Origin: Podarcis bocagei | Lineage: Eukaryota | DNA: 64,000 bases | Assembly: GCA_964188305.1 (NCBI GenBank) | Contig: OZ076901.1 | Direction: 5' to 3' (one strand) | Part shown: positions 34,801-48,865 of the stretch, one piece after another | Layout of the letters: every line of letters starts with the position of its first letter | How positions within the stretch are numbered: position 1 is the first letter of the stretch | Notes under the pieces: generated by a model | Seen by the model: only the letters and a program-made list of their open reading frames with translations | Told to the model about the DNA's origin: nothing | Database searches by the model: none | Translations under genes and position numbers: made by a program

Positions 34801-37605
34801 GGAACAAGTGATCAAGCTGCAGGAAAATCTTCAAAGTTGAGAACGCGGTCAGCTGGAAGGACTACTTCATAGACTGCACAATATTTAAGGGGTGGGACAG
34901 GAAGAAGCAGATGGGAGTGAGGCAATGTGTGTTTGGGTGGGTCTCCTCTAGTGCACGAATGCTGGCAGGGCAGAATGCATGCTTGCGTGTGTGACCTGTG
35001 GACCCCCTGCCTCCAAATATTGTTCTAAATAAAGTTCCCCTCTGCCTTTTGACTCAGATTTATCCTTGATTTTATCTCGGTGTGCTCTGCTTTCTGTTCT
35101 GATTCTGCCAGTTGGTTTTATTACTTGCTGGTGGTTTCTTTTTCTTTGTCTTTTAAGCCGTTCTGGGAATCCCTTTTCGGAAACTGAATGTTGGAAGATT
35201 TTTGGGCAGACCCCCCCCCAAAAAAAAAGTACTTCTTCACACATTGCAGGGTGAAACGGTGGAATTTGCTACCGCAGAATGTAGTGATGGCAAAGGTTTC
35301 TCAGGTTCCTTTCTGGCCTTGTATGTTGTTCAAGCAGGATATCTTGAAAATACGGTCTTCTGTGATATGTATTGCCTATATGTATGGTAGTCTGGTTCAT
35401 AGAGTAATGGGCCTGATTCATACAGTATCCCTAAGGGAAACAAGGCAGCATTTGTGTAGGAACAATTCATACTCTTGACTCCACTCCAAATGTATTCTCT
35501 ACTGAGAAATTACTAAATTGGAATGACAAAAACGCTGGAGAAGTAGAGGTTTCTATCCTGCTGTGGTAATGTATGAATTGAAGCAAAGGCACCCGATAAA
35601 CAGGAAAATATTGTATTGCTCAGTAAAGGGATTAAGTGTCCATTGATGTGCCATGTCGAGTATACTGTATACCAGAGATGGGAACCTGTGGCCATTCAGA
35701 TGTGCAGGGTGGTGCGCTCTACACTAAAGAAACCCCCCCCACACACACAAAATAACCCCCAACTCAAAAAACTGATGGGAGGAGGAATTTTACAGTCTCT
35801 ACAGAGCCACAGGTTAGTCATCCCTGGTTTTTTCCTGCCTTTCCTCCAAGGAGCTCACGGTACGTAAATTGTTCCCTTCACTCAACATATATTAACCTAT
35901 CTGCAAAATGGGAAGAGTGGTCAACCTCACACAGCATGGAAAAGTCTATGAAGTTATTTTGCAAATGAAGGATAAGGGAGGAGGTTTTTTTGTGTCTAAT
36001 GTAAACAACTTCAAGCTGCTAAATGGACCATTAACGCATCATCGTCTTCTATCCAAAACTGGGTGTGTTCTTAGATACTTAATTTTGTGCCAAGAAAGCT
36101 GAGCTCTACAACCTAAACAAATTATGCCATGTTACATAATTTTGCTAGTCATTGAGAGGTTCAAGGTACTGAATTCCTGATCCTCTCTGTTGGAAATACT
36201 GGCCACTCCTTTCCTGTTCTGCTGCTTGCTTTCAGCAGGCGTTGTTCCCAATTCTGTGTTGCCACATAAGGGGATTAAACATAAGAAGAACCCTACTGGA
36301 TCAGGCCAGCGGCCCATCTAGTCTAGCTTCCTGTTCTCGCAGCAGCAGCAGTTAACCAGTTAACCTGAGCACCAGAATGCTCGCCCCTCCTGCAATTTCC
36401 AGCAACTGGTATTCAGAATAATAACTGTCTCCATCAACACCTTCTCATACCCCAAGATTCACCAGTTGGAGCCAGCTGTAAAACAAGAGCTGCGAAACTG
36501 TGGTTTGGAGAGATCAGCTAATGGCACTCCATCAGCCGTATGCTTCGATCTGCATATGCAGTTTGGATTCCGAAACCCTGGTCAATCTACTGCAGATCAC
36601 CCAGTGATTCACCATGTATCCCATCTTAACCTTCTGCCAATATCAGCTTTTAAGGAAAGGATTTCCCTTAAAAATAAATAAAAGATAAACGAAAGCAGGA
36701 AATTCCTTATCCAATCTCACCATTCCTTATCCAGTCTCACTGATGCCCTCTAATTCGAGCCAGAACAAAGTTTGGAAGGATGTGTTCTAAGGCTCATCAG
36801 TCTTGGGGACGATGGCTTTTGAAATTGAGTTCATATACTCAGCTCCCCCAGGTTCCAGATTCACAAATAATAATTACTGGTGACTTTGGGATTGTGTGCG
36901 GTGAATTTATTGCTCAGCTGTTATACTTCGTATATGTCAGGAAATTGAGGTTTCATCTTCAGGCTCATGCATAAAGAAATCCAGGAAAGGCAAAAACCTC
37001 TACTCTGAACAAACTGAGTATTCTGCAAGAACATTGCATTTAGCAATCTAGTATGTATTGACATCGGCTGTTCCACAATCTCTTGCAAACATTTTATTGC
37101 TGAAAACTTAACTGTGGCCCTGTTTTAAAAGGAAACAGCACCCCACTCCCCACTTCCGTAAAAGGAAACCCCAAGAAGCCTGCTTTATTTTTCATTACTT
37201 ACAAGGAACAATATTACAGAAGTTGAGAACAGACCTTGATTGTAATCAGGTCGTTTAAATCAACCTAACAGAGGAGAATTCCTGGTATATTGGCTCCCGC
37301 ATTAAGGGATGGGGACAGGAAGTACGACGTAGACATTCTGCCACAAGCAAGAAACTTGGCATTTTGCTAGCCCTGATCAGGTTCCTCCCAAGCACTTGAC
37401 TAAACAAAGGAGGGGTGATTGATCTGGGATTTTTTCCTTGTCTCTCTCTTGTTGGTACACAGGTATTAAATAAAGATCAACACAGAGAATTGGGAGGGAG
37501 GTGGAGCTCATGTAGTTGCACAGAATCAGAGGGTTGGGGGATGAGGAGTTACACAAGCCTCTTGCAGTCTTAGACATGAACAGCTGGTGGAGGCATTCTG
37601 CTGTA

Positions 37606-37847
37606 CAGTGGTACCTCAGGTTAAGTACTTAATTCGTTCTGGAGGTCTGTACTTAACTTGAAACTGTTCTTAACCTGAAGCACCACTTTAGCTAATAGGG
37701 CCTCCTGCTGCTGCTGCGCCACCGGAGCACGATTTCTGTTCTCATCCTGAAGCAAAGTTCTTAACCTGAAGCACTATTTCTGGGTTAGCGGAGTCTGTAA
37801 CCTGAAGCGTATGTAACCTGAAGTGTATGTAACCCAAGGTACCACTG
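37606..37847. mobile_element. pogo/Tigger-like MITE family A copy 4
   Basis: TA|CAGTGGTACCT ... AGGTACCACTG|TA; same orientation as the copy at 166. Confidence 0.9.
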
Positions 37848-38362
37848 TATTAGTCCAGTCAGGATGCACCCAGGTAGCTTGGGACAGGGGGAGGAAGCAA
37901 GCAGGTAAGAGCTTGCAACACCTCCGTGGCATTGCTTTCCTGTGCTGAGACCCAGTGTTCTAATGTAAGGAAAACGAGCAGGGATATGATGCATACATTT
38001 GTGGAAGGCTTTCCTCGCAAAGACTGGCTCCGCCTCTCAGCCATCCTTGTTGTTCTGTGTGGGTGCCAAGGAGACATTTCCCCTTCCAGCCTCGCATCTG
38101 CTCAGTTTTTCACCTGCATCCTTGCATGTGTAGCATCTGAATTTTCTTAAAACAAGTTGCCCACATTTCAGGAGCTGTGGACTGCTTGATTTCTGAAGCA
38201 TCGTGGACAATTACCTCTCTGGTAATAGCTCGCTATGGCATTCCAACCTGGAAAGTTCATTACCGCCCGGAAACCCAATGCCTCTGCAGTGGTGGCGCAT
38301 AGCCTTCAAGTTCTCTCCCCCCCCCCCCAAACCTTTTTTGGGTGTCCGCATGATGCTTGAAT

Positions 38363-39184
38363 CTAAATGATGGTTGTGGTGCTGCTGGGTGGCTTTGCCA
38401 ACACCTCCTTGAGCTTCTGCCTGTCTGACAGTTCACTCGCTAGTTTCTTGCTGGCTTCTTCGCCAGTTTTCCCTTGTCCCGCTTTTGTTCTCTCCGACCC
38501 CGTTCTTTGTGCCATCAGCTCTGCTGCTGCTGCCTCATTGGTCATCCTCTGCAACGTTTCTAATCCAGCTGGCCACAAGCTATTTGCGGTGAGGAAATCG
38601 CCATTGCTCCTGAGGGGGCGCTTGCTTGCCTGCCTTTTCTTCATATAGGAGAGTTTGTTTGCCATTGCAACAGTAGCCACAAGTAGACATACACAAATGA
38701 AGATAAGCACCCCGATGATGATGAGGCAAATCAGTATTAGCCTTTTGCTGTTCTCTTCGCAGAGTTCAGCTTTCATTTGATCCTGACTAGGAGTTGCAAG
38801 TTCTTGATCTGTACCAGTAACGGTGGAGGGAGATGGGGGCACTTCTGGTGCAAGCGTTGAGGGCATTTGCGGGGCAGTTGATGTCTCTGGTGAGGACTGA
38901 GAGGTGGATGCTTGCCCTAAGGATGTCCAACTAAAGGTAGTTGGCTGCATTGTGGATGTCGATTGGAAGGTGCTTATCTGTGTTGTATAAGTAGACGTCT
39001 CCCCCAGAGGCAATGTTGTAAGAGCCCCACTGGTGTGTGTTGGGGTTTGAGTTGTAGGGACGGTGGGAGTTTCTGTTGTCGTCAAAAGAGCTGTGGTAGT
39101 GTCCGCTCTTACTTCTATGTGAAATAGCAAGATGGCCCACCAAAGGAAACCCAAATCCATGTGAGAGTTGCCCATCAGTTTCAT
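38363..39184 (-). CDS. EVI2A: Ecotropic viral integration site 2A protein (273 aa), type I membrane protein
   Basis: Signal peptide, T/S-rich ectodomain, CEEN...LICLIII.VL...C..L...TV.MANKLS TM region, KRPLRSNGDFL..NSLWPA motif; acceptor ttattcttgcag, exon from 39205, ATG at 39184. Confidence 0.95.
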   Translation of the reverse strand: MKLMGNSHMDLGFLWWAILLFHIEVRADTTTALLTTTETPTVPTTQTPTHTSGALTTLPLGETSTYTTQISTFQSTSTMQPTTFSWTSLGQASTSQSSPETSTAPQMPSTLAPEVPPSPSTVTGTDQELATPSQDQMKAELCEENSKRLILICLIIIGVLIFICVCLLVATVAMANKLSYMKKRQASKRPLRSNGDFLTANSLWPAGLETLQRMTNEAAAAELMAQRTGSERTKAGQGKTGEEASKKLASELSDRQKLKEVLAKPPSSTTTII

Positions 39185-40340
39185 GTTTATGGGGACGTTT
39201 GCTGCCTGCAAGAATAATAAAGTGACAGGGTTGAGTTTGTTTTGCACCCACAGAAACACTTGTTTCAGTTGTCAGAGAGGCTTTTCCTAAAGGAGAACTT
39301 AAATATTATCATGTTTGAATTGTGTTGTGGCATGGTTTGCTTATTCGTTTCTAATTACCACATCCCTAGGTTTTAAAGGAGATAAACACCACACTATAAA
39401 AGCATAATAAAAATCAACAAGCCCCGTATAGCTTGTTATTATGGATTAAAGCTTAATCTGACTTTGGGTCTAAGGTATAATGGCTTTCATCTTATAAACT
39501 AAACACAGATTGAAGATTGATTGCTCATAATTCATGTTCTCAAGCCTCATAGATATTAAGAAAAATATAGTTTCTCTTTTTGGTTATTTATAGCATCTTC
39601 TGTTCTGTTAAACTTGGAAGGGATAAATGTCATGGCTGTTTTCCCATCTGTGCTGAAACTTAAATTGCTTCTGCGAAAGATTCTTCCACAAGCCATCAGT
39701 GCCTTGCAGAAAAGTAATAGAGGAGGTTTTATTTATACAGCACAACCAAAATGTATCATTTTTTCATGAAAAAGTCCTTCAGAAGGTAGACTCTTTGAGA
39801 AGTTTTTTTAGTGCCTTTGCTATATCTCTGGTAACCTTCAGATACACCAGTGCTTTCCAGCAAAACAAAAGGACAACGCCCTCATGTTCCTATGATCATG
39901 AACAAAGAGCCCCAGGCAATCTGTACATATAAAGAAGAGCACAAAAGCAACTCTTCAGCAGTTCATTTTGAGAGCTACATTACTCATCTAATATAACATG
40001 TTCCTTCAGCAGTCAGTGAAGGGGCATCCTATTGTTTTGATGCCTGCATGGTGCTTCCTTTGTATGAAATGTTTTGGAGAGAGGGGGCTGTGTGCATCCT
40101 GTAGATCTGTAGGTGCCCAGTTCAAAAATTGGACATCCACCGTGGAATTGGGTGTCCCATGAGTCCGTAAAGCCAGTTCACATGTAAAAAAGGACACATC
40201 ATATAACAATAGATTGCAGATCTAACCCACATTGGGAGAGCTTTCCTTCCATGCACCTTGTGCTAACTTTGCATGTTGCAGGAAGAGAATTTTAGTGAGA
40301 GATCCCATTGAAAACTACAACCCTCCTCCACCTGAAGTGG

Positions 40341-40701
40341 TAAGGTAAAGGTAAAGGAATCCCTGACCATTAGGTCCAGTTGTGGCCACCTCTGGGGTTG
40401 CAGTGCTCATCTCACTTTATTGGCCAAGGGAACCGGCATACAGCTTCCGGGTCATGTGGCCAGCATGACTAAGCCGCTTCTGGCGAACCAGAGCAGCTCA
40501 CGGAAATGCCGTTTACCTTCCCGCCGGAGCGGTACCTATTTATCTACTTGCACTTTGATGTGCTTTCGAACTGCTAGGTTGGCAGGAGCTGGGACCGAGC
40601 GATGGGAGCTCACCCCGTCGCGGGGATTCAAACCGCTGGTTTTCTGGTCGGCAAGTCCAAGGCTCTGTGGTTTAACCCATAGCGCCACCCACATCCCCTA
40701 T
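40341..40701 (-). mobile_element. Full-length Sauria SINE in the EVI2A intron
   Basis: Minus-strand head GGGATGTGGGTGGCGCTATGGGTTAAACC..GGTTTGAATCCC, typical Sauria SINE core (GTCATGCTGGCCACATGACC), (ACCTTT)n tail; 11-bp TSD ACCTGAAGTGG at 40330 and 40702. Confidence 0.9.
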
Positions 40702-41978
40702 ACCTGAAGTGGGGGAAATTGTAAAAAAAACAAACAAACAAAAGCAACAACTTTGGTCGGCCCTGATGCATGTTCACTTAATCAAATCTGGCCCTCTTTG
40801 AAAAAAGTTTGGGTACCCCTGACCTAGCCCAAGCATTGTTTACCTTGCCTGGCAGTGGCCCTCCAAGGGTTCAGGTGGAGGTTTTTCCTAGCCCTGCTTC
40901 CCAAATTCCTTTTACTGGACATGCCAGGAACTAACCCTGGGACCTTGTGCACACAGAGTCCGTGGTGTCCTGCTGAACTACAGCACCTCCTATGTATCAG
41001 CATCAAATGGTAGAAGACAACCTCCAGTCTGTGTTCCTCTCTAGCCCTCTGTTGTTTGCTTGACCAGCTCTTTCTGCACTCTCTGGCTGTGTGTTGAACC
41101 AGACACAAGCTAGGAGCCAATGACCCATGTAGTCTAATATCCTGTTCCCACAGTGGCTTACCAGATGCCTGGGGGAAACCTGCAAGCAGGACCGAAGCCC
41201 AGGAACACCCTCTCCTCCTCTGGTTTCTGGAAACTGGTATTTAGAGGCGTTACTGCCTCAATCTTTGCTATTCCCTCCCACAAAGGGAGGGCAGGGACTC
41301 CAGATTAAAAATTTACAATAGATGTACATCCGCCCCTTTTCTTCCTTGTGCAAAACTTGGGTTTTTGTTTTTCACGCCCAGAGTACACATGACGCTGGTG
41401 GTACTTGAGGCTTCCTTCCGTGCCCCCAACCTTTCAGATATTCTTGTTGTTTTTAGATTGTCCTGCCTGGATGGTGCCAGTCCTCCCAAACTGAAAGCAT
41501 CCTCGGATGCCCACCATTGCCACACCGCAACGACTACAATGCTGCCTTATGTGCCTCCACTGCCAGCACAAAGCACTCACTGTTAATTGTAGTAGCTGAT
41601 GGTTGCTGTTGAGGATTTCACTTAAACAGACAAGAGCAAAGGAACTGACCATTAAGGGCTCTTTCTCCACCTAAGCTCACTCTGGCAAAGTGGCTGTTTT
41701 GTTAGAAAACAGTGTGTTGGGCTTTCCGTAAGCACCTTGACAGGTTTCTAATTGTCTTTCTCTCCTACAAGAATGCCTTCCCTCCTCTGTTACATAAATA
41801 ACATTTGCGGTTCAGTTAGCACCAGGCCCTCGCTTTCTTCAGTAAGTTTCCTGCTTTGCTGCCTAAGGCTCATCGGAACAAGTTAGTTTGACTTCTTGGT
41901 ACTGGAAACCTCAATCTGGGACCTGCTGCGAGGAAAGATAGAAACAGAACCAAGTATAAAAGGTAGACATACACTTAC

Positions 41979-42060
41979 CTGGAGGAGAGGTCAGCAAAGG
42001 GTGTGACTTGGGAGGTCTGTGATTCGCTAGCTAACCGCACCTCAATATTTGTCTGCCTTA
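41979..42060 (-). other. EVI2A: Candidate EVI2A non-coding exon 1 (5' boundary uncertain)
   Basis: Perfect donor CAG|GTAAGT at 41979/41978; RUNX motifs AACCGCA 42033-42039 and AACCACA 42168-42174, TTTCCTTT and GTGACGTG upstream. Confidence 0.6.
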
Positions 42061-44750
42061 CAGTGGCAAACTCTAGATTCTGGAGTCTAGAAGGTGGGGA
42101 TGTTTTTATGCATTGAAAGTGAATGTGCCTCTGAAACATGGTGTTTAGTTCTCCATTTAGAGAACTAAACCACAGAGATGAGACATTTCCTTTCTGGTGT
42201 AAGTACCCCGTGACGTGTTAAGAGGGAGGGAGGGAGAACCACCATCTTGCCTAAATTAGACCTCCAGATTGACGGATAAAGCATTTGCTATAAGGCAAGC
42301 CTGTTTCTCCAAGCAGCTGAGTACACTGCCACGGTCATCTTTTTCCCTTTTCTTTTTATGTAAATTGATTTGGTGGGGAAGTTGATTTATTGCAGGCTCC
42401 TAGAGCCTGTGTGTTGAGTCAACTCTTGAGTATGGAGGCAAAGATTCGCTGTACAGTTTATTGAGATCTGTCTGACACTCAGACTTCCATGTAAATTATC
42501 GGTGTGTGTTTCTTTCCAGGGCTGCTTTCACATTTATTTTAATTGCCTGTAGGGTAATTACTTTTTTTAGCTTGCTAAATCTGGTGGGAGGTTTGGCCAA
42601 GAAACACCTGGAGGGCCACAATTTCCTCATTATATTTCGTAAAACTACAGAGAGTTCATCCTTTGGGCTAAGCGCTTCATTCTAGCCGTTTGTACACAGG
42701 ACAGTTGAACAAATAATGGTGGTGATCTTCCACTACTTCAGGATTAGTGTACCTGTTACGCCTCCCTAAGGAATTAGATTCATTGAGTAATATCTGCAGC
42801 ATATACATCTATCGCGCTCGGCATTTTAAGACGTTCTCTGCTGGAACGACTTTTCCTCCTGAAACAACAGCAAAGCTTTTAATTAAGTGTACGACTGCTT
42901 TACATGGGCTTGTTTGGTGTCCTGAAAGCATCTAAATGCCTCCACTCCTGTCCCTTCATCTCCTGCTATTCATTTGAGCGCTCTTAGACACATCCAATTA
43001 AGCAGCAGGATGCCACGTTTCAGCTCTTGGCAAATGAAACATCTGAATTATAATCCCATCAAATGGCGGGCTTGTAATGGAAATGCCAGTACTTGCTTAA
43101 TTAGGGCAGCACTGCTCTAATAAATGACCTCGTTTTCGTGTTTCAGCGCGGGCGTAATTTGAAAGTTTAGGGAAAGCAAATAAATCGGGGTTTGATGAAG
43201 AATCCTTGCTGAGATATGGTTGCTGGTTTGTTTTTATAGAGGAAAAGTTTAAGAGTGCCTTTAAGTGGGAAGGCCAATTTCAAAGTAATTGATGTGCTAT
43301 TACTCCCTTTTGCGGCTTTTCCAGTTGAGAGGTTTGGAAATTTATCTGTCACTGTGCTTTTTGAAGGGAATGTTTTTGGAGTTTGGGAAGGTCCTATGGG
43401 GCAGTTCCAGATGTTTGTGCACCATAGGCTTCTCATAGTGATGGTGTTCAAGGACCAAAAAGCGACTCACATTTATGAGCAAGGGTGGGAGACCTGTGGT
43501 CCTCCAGATGTTGTTGGCTTTCAACTCTGATCAGCCCCAGACAGCATGGCCCGGTGGTCAGGGATGATGGGAATTGTAATCCAGCAAAATCCAGTGCCAG
43601 ATGAGGAGACTTTTTCAGACTGAGAGCCACCATGCCTTATGGGCAGCCTTCTGGTTGCCGGTGATGATGGAGCAGAGGGGAAAGTGAGTGGAGCAGTAGA
43701 TGTGATTCTTACCATCATTCAGCCACTCAAGAGCCAGAGGTTTCTTCACCCTCACAACTATCATAGGTCAGGGACACATTCCAGCCAGGCTAAAGCACGC
43801 AAGGGGCCTCAGAGCAGGACCAGTGAGGGGGGTGGCCTTGGGAGAGTCCCAAGGGCCAGATAGAGAAACCTTGGGGGCCACACTTGTACCGTGGACTTGA
43901 GGTTCTCCATCCCTGATGAAAAGCATAGATGTGTGTATCTCCTGCAACAAGGTGCATGCAATGTGGAAGACTATAATGAAGGTCATCAGTATTTTTGCAT
44001 GTCATGTGCACTGTTTCAACAGTTCCTGCCTCATTTGAATGTCTGAATCAGTCCTCAAGGCTGAGCCATACAGTGCGTGAATGCAAACTTCCTACAAACT
44101 TCCTACAAGGAGCTGCAAGCAATCGCAACTCTGATGAAATACATCCATGTGAAATGTCTGTTTCCAAACACCGGTGATTCACGTTCATATATTAAAGCCT
44201 TCCCCAACCTGGTGCCCTCCAGGTGTTGTAGGGCCACAGTGCCCAACAGCCCACAAACAACATGGGGAGTTGTTGTCTACAACATCTGGAGGGCACAACT
44301 CCTGCTCCACAGGACGACATCTTCAGATCTCATATGGTCACATTTTTTCTCCTTCCCGGCCCCTAGTAGAAGGAGCCCCCCCCCCCAAAAAAAATTCAGA
44401 TATGTGGTGAAATAATTATGGCCCTCCTGGGCCATCCACATCTCCCCAGATTTGCCTTTAGTATAGCACCAGCTCTGTCTATAATAATTGCATTTATTGT
44501 GGCCTCTTCCTCAAGAGGAGATGAAAATTTCAGTGTTATTTCTTCCGTTCTTTAAAATTCCTTCTTGTCTCTAACATGACAGATGAGCAAAGACTAAATT
44601 CTAATCACTGCTGTTTGTCCCTTGCCAGCAAAGTCACCCTGCAGCTAATTCTACTGTGTTCCTGTTTTCCATTAGGGGAAAGGGGTAATCTCTCTCTCAC
44701 ACTCTTTTTTTATTGCTGTTGCTGAAGACGCAAGCCAAGCTGCACCCTAA

Positions 44751-45254
<504 letters not shown>

Positions 45255-45927
45255 TAGGGAATTGTGCCATATATACATTTAGGGCAGTGTGGATTCTCCA
45301 TTTAAAATGAGCAAGTGCAGAGCATTGCATGGCCCTCCAGATGTTGTGGGACATCTACTTTCATCATCCCTGACCACTGGTTGTGCTGGCTGGGGCTGAT
45401 GGGAGTTGGGGTTTATTAAGCTTAGCTGTACAATTGTATGCAGTTGTAAACAAATTCTGCTTTATTGAAAGCTTTATTCATACACACCACGCACAAGACT
45501 GCTTGCCTTGCTGTGACCAAGATTTCCTGATCAATAACAGATTTTATCTCTGTCTCTCACCGTCTCTCCCAAAGTGACTGACCACTTGCTAGAAGTCAAC
45601 CAGGAGAAATGTTAGCTTGCTAGTCAACCATTTTCTGTTCCAAAGTAACCAGTTCATACAGCTTTCTCCTGCTAAATAGCTTGACTCCTTGAGAAGAACC
45701 CGATTTCAGAGTGGTTAGGATTCTTGTACCAAATTAATACACATACTCCCATAGAGATTGGTTGCCATCCTTTTTGGAAATGGCACATAAAGAATAAATT
45801 GATCTTACTGTTAACTAATGAAACCCCTTACTCTTTTTAAAAGGAGGTAACATAACTGGGGGTTTTTTTTGGGGGGGGGAGTGCGTTGACCATGTTTTCC
45901 TTGTACAAACTAAATACCTTTCCATAG

Positions 45928-46290
<363 letters not shown>

Positions 46291-47940
46291 TGAAACTTTG
46301 TAACAAGGACCAATTTCTTTAAGGGTGTTATTGGCCTATTCTCCTTACATCCTGCTTTGAAGCATACCGGCTACAATTTAGCCGGTGTGTTGTATATACA
46401 GCCAGGGTTCTCCCCTTGTGTATTGTGGATCACCTTTACATTCAGAACTCTTTGCTTGCCTTGGTTTGTGTTGAAGCCCGATTGTCTCAGTTGCGGCCGT
46501 TATGTAAAAGTAAGTGCATTTGAGGTTACTGAAGCTTAATGCTATACAGTACAAATGTTTAGGATTCATATATACACTTATATCATTTTTCAAGCCATTG
46601 AGGTGTCGACCGATTAACTTGTGAAGTATTTTAATAGACTAAGAAGAAGTTCTTGATTCATTGGTTGGCGAGTTTTAAACATTTCTTAATTGCAACTACT
46701 TCTGAAAACTGTGTGTGGCAAGCACCATCTTGGAAGAGGCATTCCCCATTCTCTCTCGTTCATTCACGGGGGGAAGGCCTCTTTTAAGGACATGCCCAAG
46801 GCAACCCATACACTATCTAGAAACAAAATGTGCTCTCTTCTTTAATTGTGTTCTCTGGAGGTCCCCAGGCAGACTAATCTTCAACGGATTAGAAAGATAT
46901 TCTCTGGTAACCAAACAGGGTTAACAGGAAAGGATACCATGTGGAAAACAGCTTGATCTGGGGTTTACTTAATTTTTTCATCAACACGCCCCCTCCCCCC
47001 CAAAAATACCCCAGCAGCCTCAGAACCACTCTGGATTTAAAGTGGCTGAACCAGCGCATGAAGGGATACTCACTCATGATGGAAACACTAGAGTTGATCC
47101 TGGAAGCCATGAATAAAGGCAACTTTATGTTGTCAACATAGCTGACCTTTCCTTTGCCTGTCGCATATTTACCAAGCTCTTGGTGAAAGTGATGGTGCAT
47201 CTCCACCCACAGCGGTATGGGCAGTCTCATTTTTCCCTAACTTAGACATCGTTGCAATCAAATCCCCCACTTCCTTCAAGGAAGAAAGGATGTGGAACAA
47301 ACATCCTTATAGCTTTATAATCAGGGTTCCAAGAGCTTATCTTGATGCAGCGGATTCCACATCTGGGGTCTGGACATTGTATCACCAAGGACAGAGCATT
47401 CCTGTCAAGGGAATGACAACCAAAGCTGGTGAACATTCCTACCACCCTGTCACAAGTTGGTCCACTGTAGGCGGGAGATAGTGACAAAGCCTTCAGTGAC
47501 AAAGCACACCAGTTTTGTTTGTTTTAAACTGTTCTTAATATCACATTTTTAAATTTCTGTAACCTGCCCTGGAATCTTGTGGCGAAGAGCAGATAAGAAA
47601 TTGAAACCGTAATCCTGTTTTCTGCAGGGATTTGGTGTATGAGGGAGCTCCCATTCCCAATCCAAGAAGGATTGAACTCTCTGCACATCAACTGGTGTGT
47701 GTTTGTTCATTCCTGCTGCCTGTAGAGATTGGCTGTGTGCACTACTTCTCTAAGGGCGGAACTGTGCATGCAAGTGAACCAAGCAGGATTGAACCTCCAA
47801 CCATCAGGTGATGTCACTTGACAGCCAGCAAGTGGGAAATGGCCTTGTAGGCCAAATTGGAACCCCCAGTAGGCCAATATTGGCTCACAGACCAGAGGTC
47901 CCATCCCCCCCGCTACCCCTGTTTTAGGGATAGGCTAGTT

Positions 47941-48075
47941 CAGGCATAGGCAACCTCGGCCCTCCATATGTTTTGGGATTACAACTCCCATGATCCCTAG
48001 CTAACAGGCCAGTGGTCAGGGATGATGGGAATTGTAGTTCCAAAACATATGGAGGACCGAGGTTGCCTATGCCTG
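47941..48075. mobile_element. Palindromic hAT MITE family B
   Basis: CAGGCATAGGCAACCTCGG ... CCGAGGTTGCCTATGCCTG; TSD GGCTAGTT/GGTTAGTT. Confidence 0.88.
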
Positions 48076-48392
48076 GGTTAGTTTTTGATTTGATTTCTTA
48101 TGAGTTAGGGTCAGTGAACTGCTTCCATAGTCTGGACTCTCTCCAGGGCTAGAGGAGAAGTACTTCCCCATACGGCATCATTTCCTGCTGGCCCTGTCTG
48201 GTGATCAGAGGAAGTCCGAACAGTCAAAGACTTTTATGCCCTAGAATATCTAAGAAAGGAATTGCAGGAAATGTAGATCTCCCTTTTTCTCATATGCCAG
48301 TTTTTGTAGAGTTAATTAGTTGATTCACCAACAGATTCACATATAACTGATCAACAAATATTTATTTTAATTGAGTTCTCCCCCCCCCAACA

Positions 48393-48472
<80 letters not shown>
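48393..48472. repeat. Compound microsatellite (CT)n(CA)n(GA)n
   Basis: Direct reading. Confidence 0.95.
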
Positions 48473-48475
<3 letters not shown>

Positions 48476-48662
48476 ATTTCCTTGGGATTTAAATTTGGGG
48501 TTTTTGCAATGATTAATCCTACATGGTAGCTGGAGCCGGTGCTACAGTCCAGAGAGCAACCCTGGTTTCAGTGTTATGAAATTGTGTTTTTGAGTAAAGC
48601 CTTTTAGTCCCCATTGATGAAAGATTCTTTTTTTTAACTGCTTCCCTTATTCTTTGTTGCAG

Positions 48663-48865
48663 GTCTGCGGCCTATAATCTTCTCTGTGCCTTAACCTGTA
48701 CCTTTAATTTAAAGATTGAAGGCCAGTTACTGGAAACTTCAGGTCTGTGTATCCCTGCCAACAACACCCTTTTTATTGTCTCTATTAGTAAGACTCTGGC
48801 AGCTAATGAGCCCCACCTCACCTTAGAGTTTTTGGAGGAATGCATTTCCGGATTTAGCAAATCTA
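48663..48865 (+). CDS. NF1: NF1 coding exon (exon 39 equivalent), 203 bp
   Basis: ttgcag|SAAYNLLCALTCTFNLKIEGQLLETSGLCIPANNTLF...CISGFSKS|gtaagt. Confidence 0.97.
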
